Positions 32,201 to 41,087 of a stretch of 64,000 nt of DNA are shown here, piece after piece. The stretch lies in the IMG/VR virus record IMGVR_UViG_3300029813_000255, positions 16,612-80,611 of that record. The stretch is one strand, 5' to 3'. The position numbers were made by a program, and so were the translations under genes. The stretch comes from a virus. Position 1 is the first letter of the stretch; every line of letters starts with the position of its first letter. The notes beneath the pieces are model-generated. The model searched no databases and was not told the DNA's origin. It was given only the letters and a program-made list of their open reading frames with translations.

Positions 32201-33225
32201 TATTAAATACTACTGGAAACTACTATGTTAACTATACATGGGTTATGGGTGTGCCTGGTAACATAACAGACAGCTATAACGTATCATGGAATCTCAGTTG
32301 GTTTAATGGCACATTAACTGCTTACATGCAAAAGGAAGTGGGTGCGTCAAATTGGGGTAACATAACGGTTTATGCGTTCAACTCAAGTGGGAATGGTAGT
32401 TTAAGCGTAGGAAGTATTTCAGATAATGTACAAGCTCCAGCATACGTACCTGGTGATTATCCACCTGCAACACCAACATTTTTAACAAACACCACAGGAA
32501 ACGGATGGGTAAACTATACGTGGTCTTCAGGTGGTGGTGCAAACGTAACAGATTCATATAATATTTCATGGAACTTATCGTGGCACAACACTACTTTAGT
32601 AACGTACATGAATGATACCGTAGGAGAGTTTGGATGGGCTAACATATCCGTGTGGGCATTCAATTCAAGTGGAAATGGTTCTTTGAGTGTTGGAAGTATA
32701 TCAGATAATACACAAGCGGATGGGGGTATGTTCACTACTTCTATGGGCACAACGCTATACAATTTAATAACATATTACGGTAGTGCCACAAGCACGGCTG
32801 AACAGTTTGGATTAGACATCGGCTCAGTGGATTATATAGCATTGTATAACGGTTCGTTTTACACACACACAATGGGCTTTGCAGCTAATAATTTCACTAC
32901 ATATCATGGTATAGGTTATTATGTGTATTTAAATGCGTCGGGTAGCCCTACATACCAGAGAAACAATATTTCAGATGTGCCTTACAACACACAATTGTTT
33001 AATAGATGGAATACAATCGGTTGGACAAACACAACAGATACAAATGCGGAAAGTGTAGCGAGTTCGATAGGCAGCGCATGTAAATACACGAGTTCGTTGA
33101 ACGCGGATGGAGTTACGTACACTACTCACACGGTTGGATTCACATCAAATAATCATGCAGTTGAGAAGGGCGAAGGTTATTGGGTGTGGGTAAATACAGG
33201 AGTAAATTGGGGAAGGAATAGTTAG
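26260..33225 (+). CDS. Giant secreted multidomain adhesin/glycoprotein (DUF2341-like, beta-propeller, FN3, parallel beta-helix, cadherin-like, 4 repeats)
   Basis: Signal peptide at MKARNVF (26260, downstream of TATA 26189); LTDYQV/LWI/DWIFVRKY; NNT-rich beta-helix; DADGD; very dense NxS/T sequons. Confidence 0.78.
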   Translation: MKARNVFVTFILVSVVLALLVSVSGATWCNNDYAKRINVSVNNTGGAALTDYQVYVNLNSNPINESSIRVYNSTGCTLRPHWCENTTSGNCTKLWINYSSVAASAWTNNTAIYYDNATVSSASNITTTFVFGDDFSVDVDVNLIAEPTNPTRIVDDAWEALAIVEQSDFNYGGEYISWYRSNTSGNQAVGFENSTDGITWNPDSGNPIISSTALYVYVVQDGDCFYLFKNTDSNGYGSIYLYNVTDHTNPVIMNGGNPVYTRSSTTTDWDWRIFNPGVSIDSDGVWHMLLEGQSNAGVFRLGYAYSNLTEMNWSKHRSSSYVINTAGNPYLKYVPDRNALLALYGDISGSYWKVISSCANLSDDLSLSASWYSSLNFEIAHSGIHTADPHAMFNFNATYPTMISYNYNQASIYQTYSALALNEFYDVITTEAFEKWNTYGTSTNTVKDGILNITSVSDNWGIFIGKTSVSMPNIIEAWAKVAAADDRARVAFSSDIDTTSTNLVAWWWAHGTSNPYVAAYVGGSGGYTQLGEALNHVNYHRYKIEWISGIANFYYDSVYKANRTTNIPTSDLPAWMLSGTGGDVIGYWDWIFVRKYTSVEPSTTLGNEEQQAGGTTPIISNVQNGSISPTSQWIDWNVNQTAHNRVLYSNQSDLTPAWYSTWNNSTNAPNITLSALTASTQYWYQAWSYNTTNTSLSDNSSTLSFTTAATAEPVITLLSQTPSQLFQNSTGHFNQTWGISHNSTGLNNSTLTYIYHNIYDSDAHHSLRLPINDRALPDGWRGDNRNESGVTRLTQEGNTTIFGSDYWTWSGLDYNKSQMSIETVNSTYTKIHINSSTQCMIFSNSWYLNHKELDSAAKTVYDIKKQSQLLVEIYDTEMMRNRDRNYTVSIWIDTVDNPTDILYPIEIWWANASFDPTAGTALTASPYAVKMMDMTDDDWETRQYNTTNSHYMRFNIYAGADPVILPTNESYLLFKHDYPRPYKLNVTNVATITNRSFAQTNVSWTSSFDHPAVYTPYSYTPNIFLTFHRGNQTFESKLWVADNNSLWGNSSLEQSDIGQSNFPPTPGSFEHFVFYGYNDTTMDCTYRGNISVYLQTGRDADGGNCTNNLTLCYTNGTYVATINNTFNTTVNDYIRTINFNTTPYYSTTDLYTLKLVTTDDEFDSVTTDLPVVFSLSPLGTTGALYDSRPYAGRLTFWGIPNIPFGCTTANNPNLIEYNATTDEYILKTSLHQSQYGDTFYANETTRIVSYNNDSTPFYRWTGNQVTTNMTTTSWNATTQSPVTSAEEFRTYVYSDPFYSRVNVKNSNLSYLGNGQIPYRGVYIGCGEDAVIDNNTFMHNDQGLSVWGGGNFTISNNTVIDPIDHSISLYNISGNITVRDNVITSDVEARGISTIHGGAGNEYINNTITGSAQSGLYNQYITDSVFRDNTMNNVQNGIVLSKECDNITIKDNNITVEMDVHGHPAWGITIMSGTHNVYNNTINATNGYGIVMSNLYTSIPCINSIMINNSIKTTQGTHTDAGVFADYVLNMNSTGNIIRDPQDTTNSISINNDISDIRIENTDNAVFSEDSAHRTYAYLTNFSLYADTNESFNITQRNMTALPSTDKLSMWNVEWDATVKFNASSVTGVNPTWYNITNATWTTETIDIYRNNSLFSNEVADANGTITYNYSDSYSQKYFEFQVQSAAANYTPPDPTTLANTTGNFWVNHTWNNGTGNITNSYNVSVNLTWYNTTTNKYYNNTGLPAHNWSNVTVWAYNSSGNGTLSTGNISQNTQIPNNVPVLNGLPDNTTDEDVNQTDIFDLDSYFTDADGDAPTYLVESNNQSAYVSVTINASNNVSYTLASGWNGTASVVINVTDGWGGEDNDTFLIIVNAAPLPGDYIPDDPTNLQNTTGNYWVNYTWNVGGGNITDSYNVSWNLTWYNTTTDTFMKKEVGASNWANITVYAFNSSGNGTLSTGYISDEVQAPAFVPGDYVPPNPTTLLNTTGNYYVNYTWVMGVPGNITDSYNVSWNLSWFNGTLTAYMQKEVGASNWGNITVYAFNSSGNGSLSVGSISDNVQAPAYVPGDYPPATPTFLTNTTGNGWVNYTWSSGGGANVTDSYNISWNLSWHNTTLVTYMNDTVGEFGWANISVWAFNSSGNGSLSVGSISDNTQADGGMFTTSMGTTLYNLITYYGSATSTAEQFGLDIGSVDYIALYNGSFYTHTMGFAANNFTTYHGIGYYVYLNASGSPTYQRNNISDVPYNTQLFNRWNTIGWTNTTDTNAESVASSIGSACKYTSSLNADGVTYTTHTVGFTSNNHAVEKGEGYWVWVNTGVNWGRNS
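31321..32720 (+). repeat. Four ~90-aa repeats (YxPPxPTxLxNTTGNxWVNYTW...AFNSSGNG) in the giant adhesin
   Basis: Units start near 31321, 31894, 32173 and 32455. Confidence 0.9.
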
Positions 33226-33538
33226 GAAGCGAGAATGTATATAATACACATAGTAGGAATAGGTGTAGTGATTGGAATACTACTTGTGTGGGGATTAGAA
33301 CGTTATGATACACGAGAATATCGAAAGAATTTCAAACGTAACTTAAAGGAGTTAGAAAAACAATGATAGTTCATAAAGAAAACGAGTTAATGAGTATTTT
33401 AGAAAGAGTTACAACGGAAACGGACGAAGACCCTAACGTATGGAAGAAGGAAGAAGATTTTTACAACAAACACGGAAGGTTCTAAAAGTGAAACAAATAT
33501 TGTATATAGAGAGAATAAAGAAAGAGAAGGAAATATAA

Positions 33539-33802
33539 ATGCCAGCAAAAAAATATTCATATAGAGAACAAGATAGACGCGATGCAATACGATTAGCATT
33601 GCAACAAGCAAAAGGACGGGACGTTATCGTACAAAACAGGAAGTTGAAAGCAGAAGTAAATCGGCACGCTAAATTTTTTGAAGCATTAAAAAATGGAAAG
33701 GTCATCCCAAAACACATATACGATATAACGTTTAAGCGTGATTATCGTGGATTCATTAAGGATATAGAAAAATTTATTGGTAGGAAAGCATACGAAACAT
33801 GA
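33539..33802 (+). CDS. Small basic hypothetical protein
   Basis: ORF coupled to the next gene. Confidence 0.5.
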   Translation: MPAKKYSYREQDRRDAIRLALQQAKGRDVIVQNRKLKAEVNRHAKFFEALKNGKVIPKHIYDITFKRDYRGFIKDIEKFIGRKAYET

Positions 33803-34566
33803 AAAAAATATTGTATCTAATAGGAATAATAGCCTCCGTAATCTTTGTAAGCTGTCTAATAGGTTTAGTTTTCGCCTTACCAAATCCACATTCATTATCA
33901 GGACGTGTGTATGACAACATAGGCAATCCTATTAGTGATGTTGAAATAGTCTTAACTAATCAGCGCACAGAAGGACAGCTTTACGTAAAAACAAATCAAT
34001 GGGGCGAGTACCAACAGGATGCGTACAACCTACCAGAAGGTTACAAAAACGGCGATACAATCCATTATTACGCTCGTTTCAAAGGCTATAAATTAGAAGA
34101 GGCTGCTACAATAGATATTGCTAAGGGGGGTACGAAACTTAATTTTGTATTTCCATTCTGTTTAGGATTCATCACACCTAAAGGTACATATCCTTCTATT
34201 GCAGGCACGCACAAAGGCATAATCATACCAAGTGCAACTATAAACGTTTCACACATAGAAACACGTGCGTGTGAAGGTACAGGAGGACACGCTAAGTACG
34301 TTAAGATAACAGGTGACATTAGTTCAGAAGCAGTATGGAATGGCTATAACGACGAGTATCACACCTTAGAATTTGATGTACCCTTTACGTTAGAAAAAGG
34401 TAAAACGTACACATACGAGATTAAGACTGGTTCTTATCCACAAATTATACATCTGAGCGAGTTGGAAGTACCAGCGGGTGTAATCACGTGTACTGAATTT
34501 GTGGACACCAACGGAAAAGTTTATAAAGAAGGAATACCTTCTATATTGTTAGGAGAAGAGATATGA
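33799..34566 (+). CDS. Secreted protein: carboxypeptidase-regulatory-like domain plus C-terminal domain typical of ANME-1-type surface proteins
   Basis: PHSLSGRVYD..GEYQQDA; YPSIAGTH..GTGGH..TGSYPQIIH..CTEFVDTNGK. Confidence 0.7.
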   Translation: MKKILYLIGIIASVIFVSCLIGLVFALPNPHSLSGRVYDNIGNPISDVEIVLTNQRTEGQLYVKTNQWGEYQQDAYNLPEGYKNGDTIHYYARFKGYKLEEAATIDIAKGGTKLNFVFPFCLGFITPKGTYPSIAGTHKGIIIPSATINVSHIETRACEGTGGHAKYVKITGDISSEAVWNGYNDEYHTLEFDVPFTLEKGKTYTYEIKTGSYPQIIHLSELEVPAGVITCTEFVDTNGKVYKEGIPSILLGEEI

Positions 34567-35297
34567 ACAAAATGATATGGATGTTTGATATTTTAGCAGT
34601 GGTATTTATATTTTTGAGTATCTGTATAGGACTATCAGTAGCGCAGCCTTTACCTTATTCATTGTCAGGGCACATCTTAGATAATGAAAGTGAATACATT
34701 GTAGGTGCTGAAATCACATTGATAAACGAACGTACAAACGACACTTTAGAACTTGTAAGCACAACAAACGGAGAATACCAACAGGATGCTTATAATTTCG
34801 CATTCCATTATCTTAATGGCGACACAATAAGATATAACGTGACTTATGGCGACATAGGAGCAGTTGAACTCAATGATATAGATATTACGAAAGGAGGTAC
34901 GAAATTAGATATTACATTGACAGAAGAGGACAGTCCTGAAACCACACCTAATCCAACACCCAAGAATAAAGCACCACGTAAAACTACAGCGCATATGTAC
35001 GATGATACAGACGGTGACGGTGTTTCTGATACCGAAGAACGTGTAAGAGGATGGGATAAAGACGATCCATGTATTCCCAATTCAGATTCTTTTGCGTGTA
35101 AAAGTAAAAGTACACCTCAATTGACACCAGAAGTTTTCTCGCCTCTCAAAGAAGAACCCACACCAATACCAATGGTTAAAGCGACACCACGACAACCACC
35201 AAAAGTAATAGAATCACCAAAAAAGATGCCTGGATTTATTGGATTAGAGTTCTTAGCTGTTGTTATATTGTTTTTATATAAAAGGAGAAGGAGGTGA
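34563..35297 (+). CDS. PGF-CTERM surface protein with carboxypeptidase-regulatory-like domain
   Basis: PYSLSGH..GEYQQDA; DTDGDG; P/T linker; MPGF + TM + KRRR. Confidence 0.8.
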   Translation: MNKMIWMFDILAVVFIFLSICIGLSVAQPLPYSLSGHILDNESEYIVGAEITLINERTNDTLELVSTTNGEYQQDAYNFAFHYLNGDTIRYNVTYGDIGAVELNDIDITKGGTKLDITLTEEDSPETTPNPTPKNKAPRKTTAHMYDDTDGDGVSDTEERVRGWDKDDPCIPNSDSFACKSKSTPQLTPEVFSPLKEEPTPIPMVKATPRQPPKVIESPKKMPGFIGLEFLAVVILFLYKRRRR

Positions 35298-35510
35298 TAA
35301 AATGGTAGGATTGAAAGAAGACGATCACGTCAAGATCAAGAAAAAATGTATTGGTTGTCGGGAAAAAGCATATAATTTTCTTTTGGTAAAAAAGGTATAG
35401 TAAGAAAAATAGAAAGAGAGAATGGTAAATGCATATATGTTGTAGAAGTAGATAAGCGTTTATATACCTTTACACGTCAAGCAATAGTTAAAAAGTAGGA
35501 AGAAAAAAAA

Positions 35511-35702
35511 ATGAACACACGAATAAAAGAATACATCTTAAGTAAATGTGTAAAACAGAAAAAAGAACGTGATTTGCTGCCGCAAGTAACAAGGAAATTC
35601 GGTGTTACAAACGGTATAGCACAACAGTACATACGTAAATTAAAGAGCGAGGGATTATTGTACGTACCAGAAAAGAACACATTAAAAACAATAAATATGT
35701 AG
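35511..35702 (+). CDS. Small winged-helix protein
   Basis: IRKLKSEGLLYVPEKNTLK wing motif. Confidence 0.55.
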   Translation: MNTRIKEYILSKCVKQKKERDLLPQVTRKFGVTNGIAQQYIRKLKSEGLLYVPEKNTLKTINM

Positions 35703-35713
35703 GAGGTGACAAC

Positions 35714-35923
35714 ATGCTAATAAAAGGAAGAAAATTTAACGGGGAATTGTACCAAAATGAAGGATATGCAACTACGAAAGTAGAAGCAGAACGCAGGAAG
35801 AAGAAACTACAAGATCAAGGATTTAAAGTGCGTATAGTAAAACAAAAAGGAACAACCGTAATTGGTGCAACAAGCAAAGCCTATGGTAAAACGAACTATT
35901 TTATATATGCAAAGGCAAAATGA
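35714..35923 (+). CDS. Small basic protein (SPOR-like fold, related to 39022-39234)
   Basis: GGAGGTGA SD; KVEAERRKKKLQDQGFKVRIV. Confidence 0.5.
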   Translation: MLIKGRKFNGELYQNEGYATTKVEAERRKKKLQDQGFKVRIVKQKGTTVIGATSKAYGKTNYFIYAKAK

Positions 35924-36261
35924 GATAAACAAATGACACAGGATATAAAAACAGAAATGGAAGCTAAGGCGAAACGAGGTGAAATAGAAGGAGTATCTAA
36001 ACGTGCTATCTTTGACAAGGATGGAAACCTTTTTCTTGATTACTTTTGAAATAGGTAAAACTTTATATAGAAAGAAAAACAATGAATCCACGTGGTAAAG
36101 TTTGGGATGTAAAAAATGATAGAAACAGGAATCATTAACATAGGGTTTGCATTAATCGCAGTATTAGTAATAGCTAATCTATATTATGCGATCCGAATAG
36201 TAGATAAAAAATCCGATATTTTCTTATTTCTTGAGAAAGAAGAAACAGAGGAAAGTATAAC

Positions 36262-36858
36262 GTGGAATCAAAAGTAGTAGTCTTATTAGGACTCTGTGTA
36301 ATTTTAGGATTTGCAATAAACGGAGTTACTGCTTTGGATACACCTTATTCACTCTCAGGACATGTCTATGATAATAGTAGTAATCCGTTAGTTGGTGTAA
36401 ACATTAAACTCACTAATATGAACAGTACCAATGTAATATATGCAACATCAACCAGTGGAGGTGAATACCAACAGGATGCAGCTAATTTTGTATTAGGATA
36501 CAACAATAGCGATATTATCCAATATTACTGCACTTACGGTGTTGACTCGGTTACGTATAATGCAAGCATAGATACGAGTGGAGGGGGAACACTACTTGAT
36601 ATGTATATAAATGTTACTCCTATTACTCCTATTGATGATATTCCTATGACAATCGGGGACTTTGCGAAAGATATAATGACACCTATTTTCAGTTTCTTTG
36701 CCATATTAATAATAGCAGCCTTTACAGGTGTAATTATTTATACCATTAAGTATGGAATCAAAATAGACATACTAACGAAACTGACATTAGGCTTCACTTT
36801 TGCTGTAATAATACTACTATTAGCTTTATATATAGGAGAAACGTTTAGTTCATTTTAG
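36262..36858 (+). CDS. Membrane-anchored protein with carboxypeptidase-regulatory-like domain
   Basis: PYSLSGHVYD..GEYQQDA; two C-terminal TMs. Confidence 0.7.
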   Translation: MESKVVVLLGLCVILGFAINGVTALDTPYSLSGHVYDNSSNPLVGVNIKLTNMNSTNVIYATSTSGGEYQQDAANFVLGYNNSDIIQYYCTYGVDSVTYNASIDTSGGGTLLDMYINVTPITPIDDIPMTIGDFAKDIMTPIFSFFAILIIAAFTGVIIYTIKYGIKIDILTKLTLGFTFAVIILLLALYIGETFSSF

Positions 36859-37562
36859 TGAGTCGAAGAATGAAAATAGCAAAAGAAATATTAAAACTAA
36901 GCATAATCATATTTGTACTAATAACCTTAGTTACTGTTTCTTTTGCTGCTATACAGACAATAGGATCATCAAACGGTATTAATAATGCAACGCTAACCGG
37001 GGATATTACTTCAGGGGCACCTCCACCTGCTGAAGTTTGGTTTGAATACGGAGGTAAAACGGGGTGTTATTTACATCATTCTGAGCATCTAACTGTAAAT
37101 GCAACCGGAAATTTCATAATTAACATCTCAGGTTTTCCGCTCATATTGGAGCAGACATACTATTATAGAGCAGCGGGCAACGTATCTGGCAATGTTACAC
37201 ACGGCGGCGAAATGTCGTTTACTCTGGACCCTGCCGAAGATATGCCCGAAAAGAACTTTGGAAAGCATTTTGAAGAACTTAAAGAAAGCAGGTTTAATCT
37301 TACAAGATTAGCTACTGTTCTTCCGAAGACATGGACCGACATTATACTTGAAACCAGGATATTTTACGGGATGTTTTTCGGGATGATATTTTTAGCGTTA
37401 TGGATAAGACAAGAGGATGTCGGAATACCTGCACTGCTCGGAATGCTAATAGGAGGGACACTGTGGTACTGGTTACCGCCTGAGTGGATGAATCTTGTAC
37501 AATCGCTCTTTATAGTATCTTTTGCTGCACTTATATATGCTATAATAAAAGGGAGAAAATAA
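36858..37562 (+). CDS. FN3-like domain plus C-terminal TM helices (virion membrane protein)
   Basis: NATLTG, VWFEYG, TYYYRA; C-terminal TMs. Confidence 0.65.
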   Translation: MSRRMKIAKEILKLSIIIFVLITLVTVSFAAIQTIGSSNGINNATLTGDITSGAPPPAEVWFEYGGKTGCYLHHSEHLTVNATGNFIINISGFPLILEQTYYYRAAGNVSGNVTHGGEMSFTLDPAEDMPEKNFGKHFEELKESRFNLTRLATVLPKTWTDIILETRIFYGMFFGMIFLALWIRQEDVGIPALLGMLIGGTLWYWLPPEWMNLVQSLFIVSFAALIYAIIKGRK

Positions 37563-37563
37563 G

Positions 37564-37875
37564 ATGAAAGACGAAAAAAGGAAACACGTACCATTTTCGA
37601 TTGAAGTAAAGATAAGAGACTCAAAAGGAAGGACGGTCTGGAAATGGCGTGAAAGTCGTGGTAACCTTCTGTTTGGATTAAAAAAAACTAACGAGTATGC
37701 AGAAACATTACTTGGAATAGACAATAAACAACTACCGAGATCAGAGCCAGAGCCAGATACTAATATTAGGAGAGTCGAACCGAGAAACATTACATTCATT
37801 GAACGCGCTTTTGGAAAAATTGAACCAATCGAACCAATATTTGGAGTGAATAAAAAAGGAGGTGAGAGAAGATGA
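37564..37875 (+). CDS. Hypothetical protein
   Basis: ORF in operon. Confidence 0.5.
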   Translation: MKDEKRKHVPFSIEVKIRDSKGRTVWKWRESRGNLLFGLKKTNEYAETLLGIDNKQLPRSEPEPDTNIRRVEPRNITFIERAFGKIEPIEPIFGVNKKGGERR

Positions 37876-38123
37876 AATCTATTGGAATGGCGATTGTATT
37901 TACAGCGGTTGTCTTCATATTATTCATGGGTATTAGCATGATAAGTCAAATACCGGAACCAGATTCTGGAACAGAGGAATACACTCAATTTGAAAGCCTC
38001 GCTAAGATAGCAAATATTGGATATATAGGCTTCTATGCAGTCCTACTAATAATAATGGCAATTGCTATAATAATGGCACTGCAAATAGGATCAAAGAAAG
38101 GGAGCAGGAGAAGCAGATGGTGA
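37872..38123 (+). CDS. Two-helix hydrophobic protein (minor capsid-like)
   Basis: GGAGGTGA SD; two hydrophobic helices with acidic loop and basic tail. Confidence 0.55.
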   Translation: MKSIGMAIVFTAVVFILFMGISMISQIPEPDSGTEEYTQFESLAKIANIGYIGFYAVLLIIMAIAIIMALQIGSKKGSRRSRW

Positions 38124-38983
38124 AAACAAATGACATTGTAAAAATTAGTATAACAATAATGTTATTAACGTTAGCAGTGAGCAATAGCACAGCACTGACC
38201 ACTCCTTATTCTCTGAGTGGACACATCTATGATTCAGACGGTACAACACCTATTGTAGGCGCGAGTATCTCATTTACCAACCAGAACTCGTCAGAGGTGA
38301 TCTACGCTACCAGTACAACCAATGGAGAGTACCAACAGGATGCTGCTAATTTTGCATCAGGATACTATGATAACAATACAATACAATACCAAACAACCTA
38401 CTTTACACAATCCAATACTACCGCAGCAAACATAACTGTTTCAAGTGGAGGAACGTTACTCAACATTGTATTAAGTGCAGCTACTGGCGGTGCAAGTAAT
38501 ATAACGGCTGAAATAGGTAGCAGGTACATAAAATGGAGTTGGAATTCAAGTGGTAGTGTTGCAGTGTACATAGATGGTATATTCGTAACAAACACAACCT
38601 TAAATTATTACATTCTCTCAGATTTGAATCCACGTGAAACACACACAATTGCATTATGCAGTCCGAGTGGAGCTGTCTATGACAGTTCAAGTGACAGAAC
38701 CTTTTACCCCGAAATCTTATTCTACATCATCTTTCTTCTCGCGGGATTACTGCTAATAGCAGAAGTCATTGTAACTTTTATGCCGCAAAAAATGATTGGT
38801 ATTGTCTTAGGTGCTTTGGCTTTTATAATGGGTATTTTTGGCTTTTACATGGCTTATCCATACCACTTCTCAATTATGGCTTATTTATGTATTACAATAG
38901 CAGTCATAGCATTGATATGGATTATACTGATTATATTTAGTTTAATAGTACGCGAACCAGATGACTTTGGGTTGGACTTATGA
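38117..38983 (+). CDS. Membrane protein with carboxypeptidase-regulatory-like and FN3-like domains
   Basis: PYSLSGHIYD..GEYQQDA; YIKWSW; three C-terminal TMs. Confidence 0.7.
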   Translation: MVKTNDIVKISITIMLLTLAVSNSTALTTPYSLSGHIYDSDGTTPIVGASISFTNQNSSEVIYATSTTNGEYQQDAANFASGYYDNNTIQYQTTYFTQSNTTAANITVSSGGTLLNIVLSAATGGASNITAEIGSRYIKWSWNSSGSVAVYIDGIFVTNTTLNYYILSDLNPRETHTIALCSPSGAVYDSSSDRTFYPEILFYIIFLLAGLLLIAEVIVTFMPQKMIGIVLGALAFIMGIFGFYMAYPYHFSIMAYLCITIAVIALIWIILIIFSLIVREPDDFGLDL

Positions 38984-39245
38984 TGAGAAAAAAACCATAA
39001 ATCTTTATATAGACTAAAAATATGTCTATAACAGAAGTAAGAAAAAGGAGGGTAAAAATGATAAAGCGAAATATGTTTACTACCAAGAAATTTGGTGGGA
39101 AAACATGGCTTTTTTGTATGAGTGGCGACAAAAAAATCGTTGAATCCAAAACGAAACGGATGCAACAGGACGGATACAAAACGAAACTCCTGAAGAGCGG
39201 AAATAAATGGGATTTGTGGATTAGTCAGGATTAGGGCGCGACCAG

Positions 39246-39683
39246 ATGACAATCTTAGACAAAATAAGAGAACAGAGAGAACAAAGAGAAGTCATCAAGA
39301 CAGTAGAGGAAGCTAAGCTAAGGAAAAAGAAACCACAGATAGAAAAGGAATTAGAGAAAGAAGCTATAGAACTTGCCAAAGAACTTGAAGTAACTTTCGA
39401 TGAAGCATTGATCTACGTCAAGAATGAAAAGAAGAAAGAACACAGACAAAAAATAGCACATGAACGACAGGAACAATTTGCTACAAAAGGCAAGAAAATC
39501 TTACGTGGATTGGAAGATTGGGGTGCAAGAGCAAACCAACCGCTGAAACCACAACCACATGATATAGAAACAACGACAGAAATACAGCCGGAAGTAAAAA
39601 CAAAAGATGTAAAGCAACCTATACCTACGAAAAGAGAGAAACCAAAGAACTTCTTTGAAACATGTAAGGAGGTTAACAAATGA
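39246..39683 (+). CDS. Coiled-coil hypothetical protein
   Basis: E/K-rich helical ORF. Confidence 0.55.
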   Translation: MTILDKIREQREQREVIKTVEEAKLRKKKPQIEKELEKEAIELAKELEVTFDEALIYVKNEKKKEHRQKIAHERQEQFATKGKKILRGLEDWGARANQPLKPQPHDIETTTEIQPEVKTKDVKQPIPTKREKPKNFFETCKEVNK

Positions 39684-40228
39684 AAAAGAAAAGAAACAAA
39701 CATAATAAAAAATGTTATGTAGTAGAAAGAGCATTTGGTCATAGCTCAGCACTCCCAACGTTCGGCGATGCCGATGGAGACGGTGTACCAAACTTTTTTG
39801 ATTGCCAACCCAGAAATCCTTATAAAGATGGTATTCTTAGGGATGTTGGCGAAGCTGTGAAAACAAGAGTTAAGCATGAAGTCGGTGACGTAAAAGAGCG
39901 TGTAATAGAGGAAATCGCTGGAGAAAAAAAGAGAGCAGAACGATTAGAGATTGAAGAAGTTGAAGAAGAAGCGTATCTTAGGGAACGAAAAAAAGCAGCA
40001 GAAGAAGAAGCGCGAATAAAAGCCAGAGCCAGAATTGAAAGACATAAAGAAGCAGAAGAAGAACGAAAATCAAGACGGCGAGAAGCCATTAGAGAAGAAG
40101 CAGAAGCACGAAGATCATTTCAACGCAGATCCAGAGTTCGACCCAAAGTCCGACCACTCACAAAACCCATAACCGAAAAAACCGAAAAAGCTCACATACC
40201 ATATACCAGTCGCAGAATTTATACATAG
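39680..40228 (+). CDS. Basic coiled-coil protein with DxDxDGVPN motif
   Basis: FGDADGDGVPNFFDCQP, matching the N-terminal motif of the 1170-aa protein. Confidence 0.6.
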   Translation: MKKKRNKHNKKCYVVERAFGHSSALPTFGDADGDGVPNFFDCQPRNPYKDGILRDVGEAVKTRVKHEVGDVKERVIEEIAGEKKRAERLEIEEVEEEAYLRERKKAAEEEARIKARARIERHKEAEEERKSRRREAIREEAEARRSFQRRSRVRPKVRPLTKPITEKTEKAHIPYTSRRIYT

Positions 40229-40246
40229 TGAATATTAGGTAAAAAA

Positions 40247-40885
40247 ATGAAACCAACCAGTAAAATGCGAAAATTGGGAGAGAGAACAATTGAAGTATTA
40301 GAGTACGGTGGACAAAGAACAAAAAAAATAAAGCGAATCGTATACAGTAAACCTACACTGGTAAAAGGACATCCTACTTATTGGTTTAAACTGGTAAATG
40401 ATATATGGAAAAATACAACCAAAAAAGGCATAAAAAGTGGGATCGTAGTAACTAAGAATGAATTTGAAAAACTACATGAGAAACTGCAAACAAATAATTC
40501 AAAACATGGTAGAGAAAAGGTAAAAGTAAATGGATATACCAAACATAAATGGCGATGTCCAAAGTGTGGAAGAGCAGCACCTGACGATTTTTGTATCGTA
40601 CACGGTGATGTTACTGCTGTGGATATAACAAAAAACGCAAAGATACGGAAAATGGCTCTTGAATACTCTACAAAAACAGAAAAAATCGAAAAAGAACGAA
40701 AACGAAAAGATATTATTGGTAAGCAAGTTAGTATTACACAAGTCAAAAAGAGACAAGCACAACGTACAAAAAGAGCACGTTCAATGGACTCCAAGAAACG
40801 AGCTAAACGAGTTGTAAAAGCAGGTAGATACCATTTATGGCTGAAACATCCTGAGAGGTACGATATTGAAGGAGTGGATACATAA
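40247..40885 (+). CDS. Basic protein with Zn-ribbon
   Basis: CPKCG..FCIVH; K/R-rich C-terminus. Confidence 0.55.
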   Translation: MKPTSKMRKLGERTIEVLEYGGQRTKKIKRIVYSKPTLVKGHPTYWFKLVNDIWKNTTKKGIKSGIVVTKNEFEKLHEKLQTNNSKHGREKVKVNGYTKHKWRCPKCGRAAPDDFCIVHGDVTAVDITKNAKIRKMALEYSTKTEKIEKERKRKDIIGKQVSITQVKKRQAQRTKRARSMDSKKRAKRVVKAGRYHLWLKHPERYDIEGVDT

Positions 40886-41087
40886 GGAGGTGATATAAAT
40901 GGTAAGATATGTAGTAACAGGATATATAAAAATCAAAGGATACAGAGATACAATAACAAATCCTTTAACTAAGGAAGAAGCACAAGAGCGTAAAAAGTCT
41001 TTACAGAGAGAATTGAAAGAATCAATACCAAGATACAGATGGGTAAAAGCACTGCGTATAGAAAAAGCAAAGTAGGAGGTGACATAA

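Noticed and set aside
26260-33225. Diversity-generating retroelement target
   Set aside because: No reverse transcriptase and no template/variable repeat pair with adenine-specific differences seen
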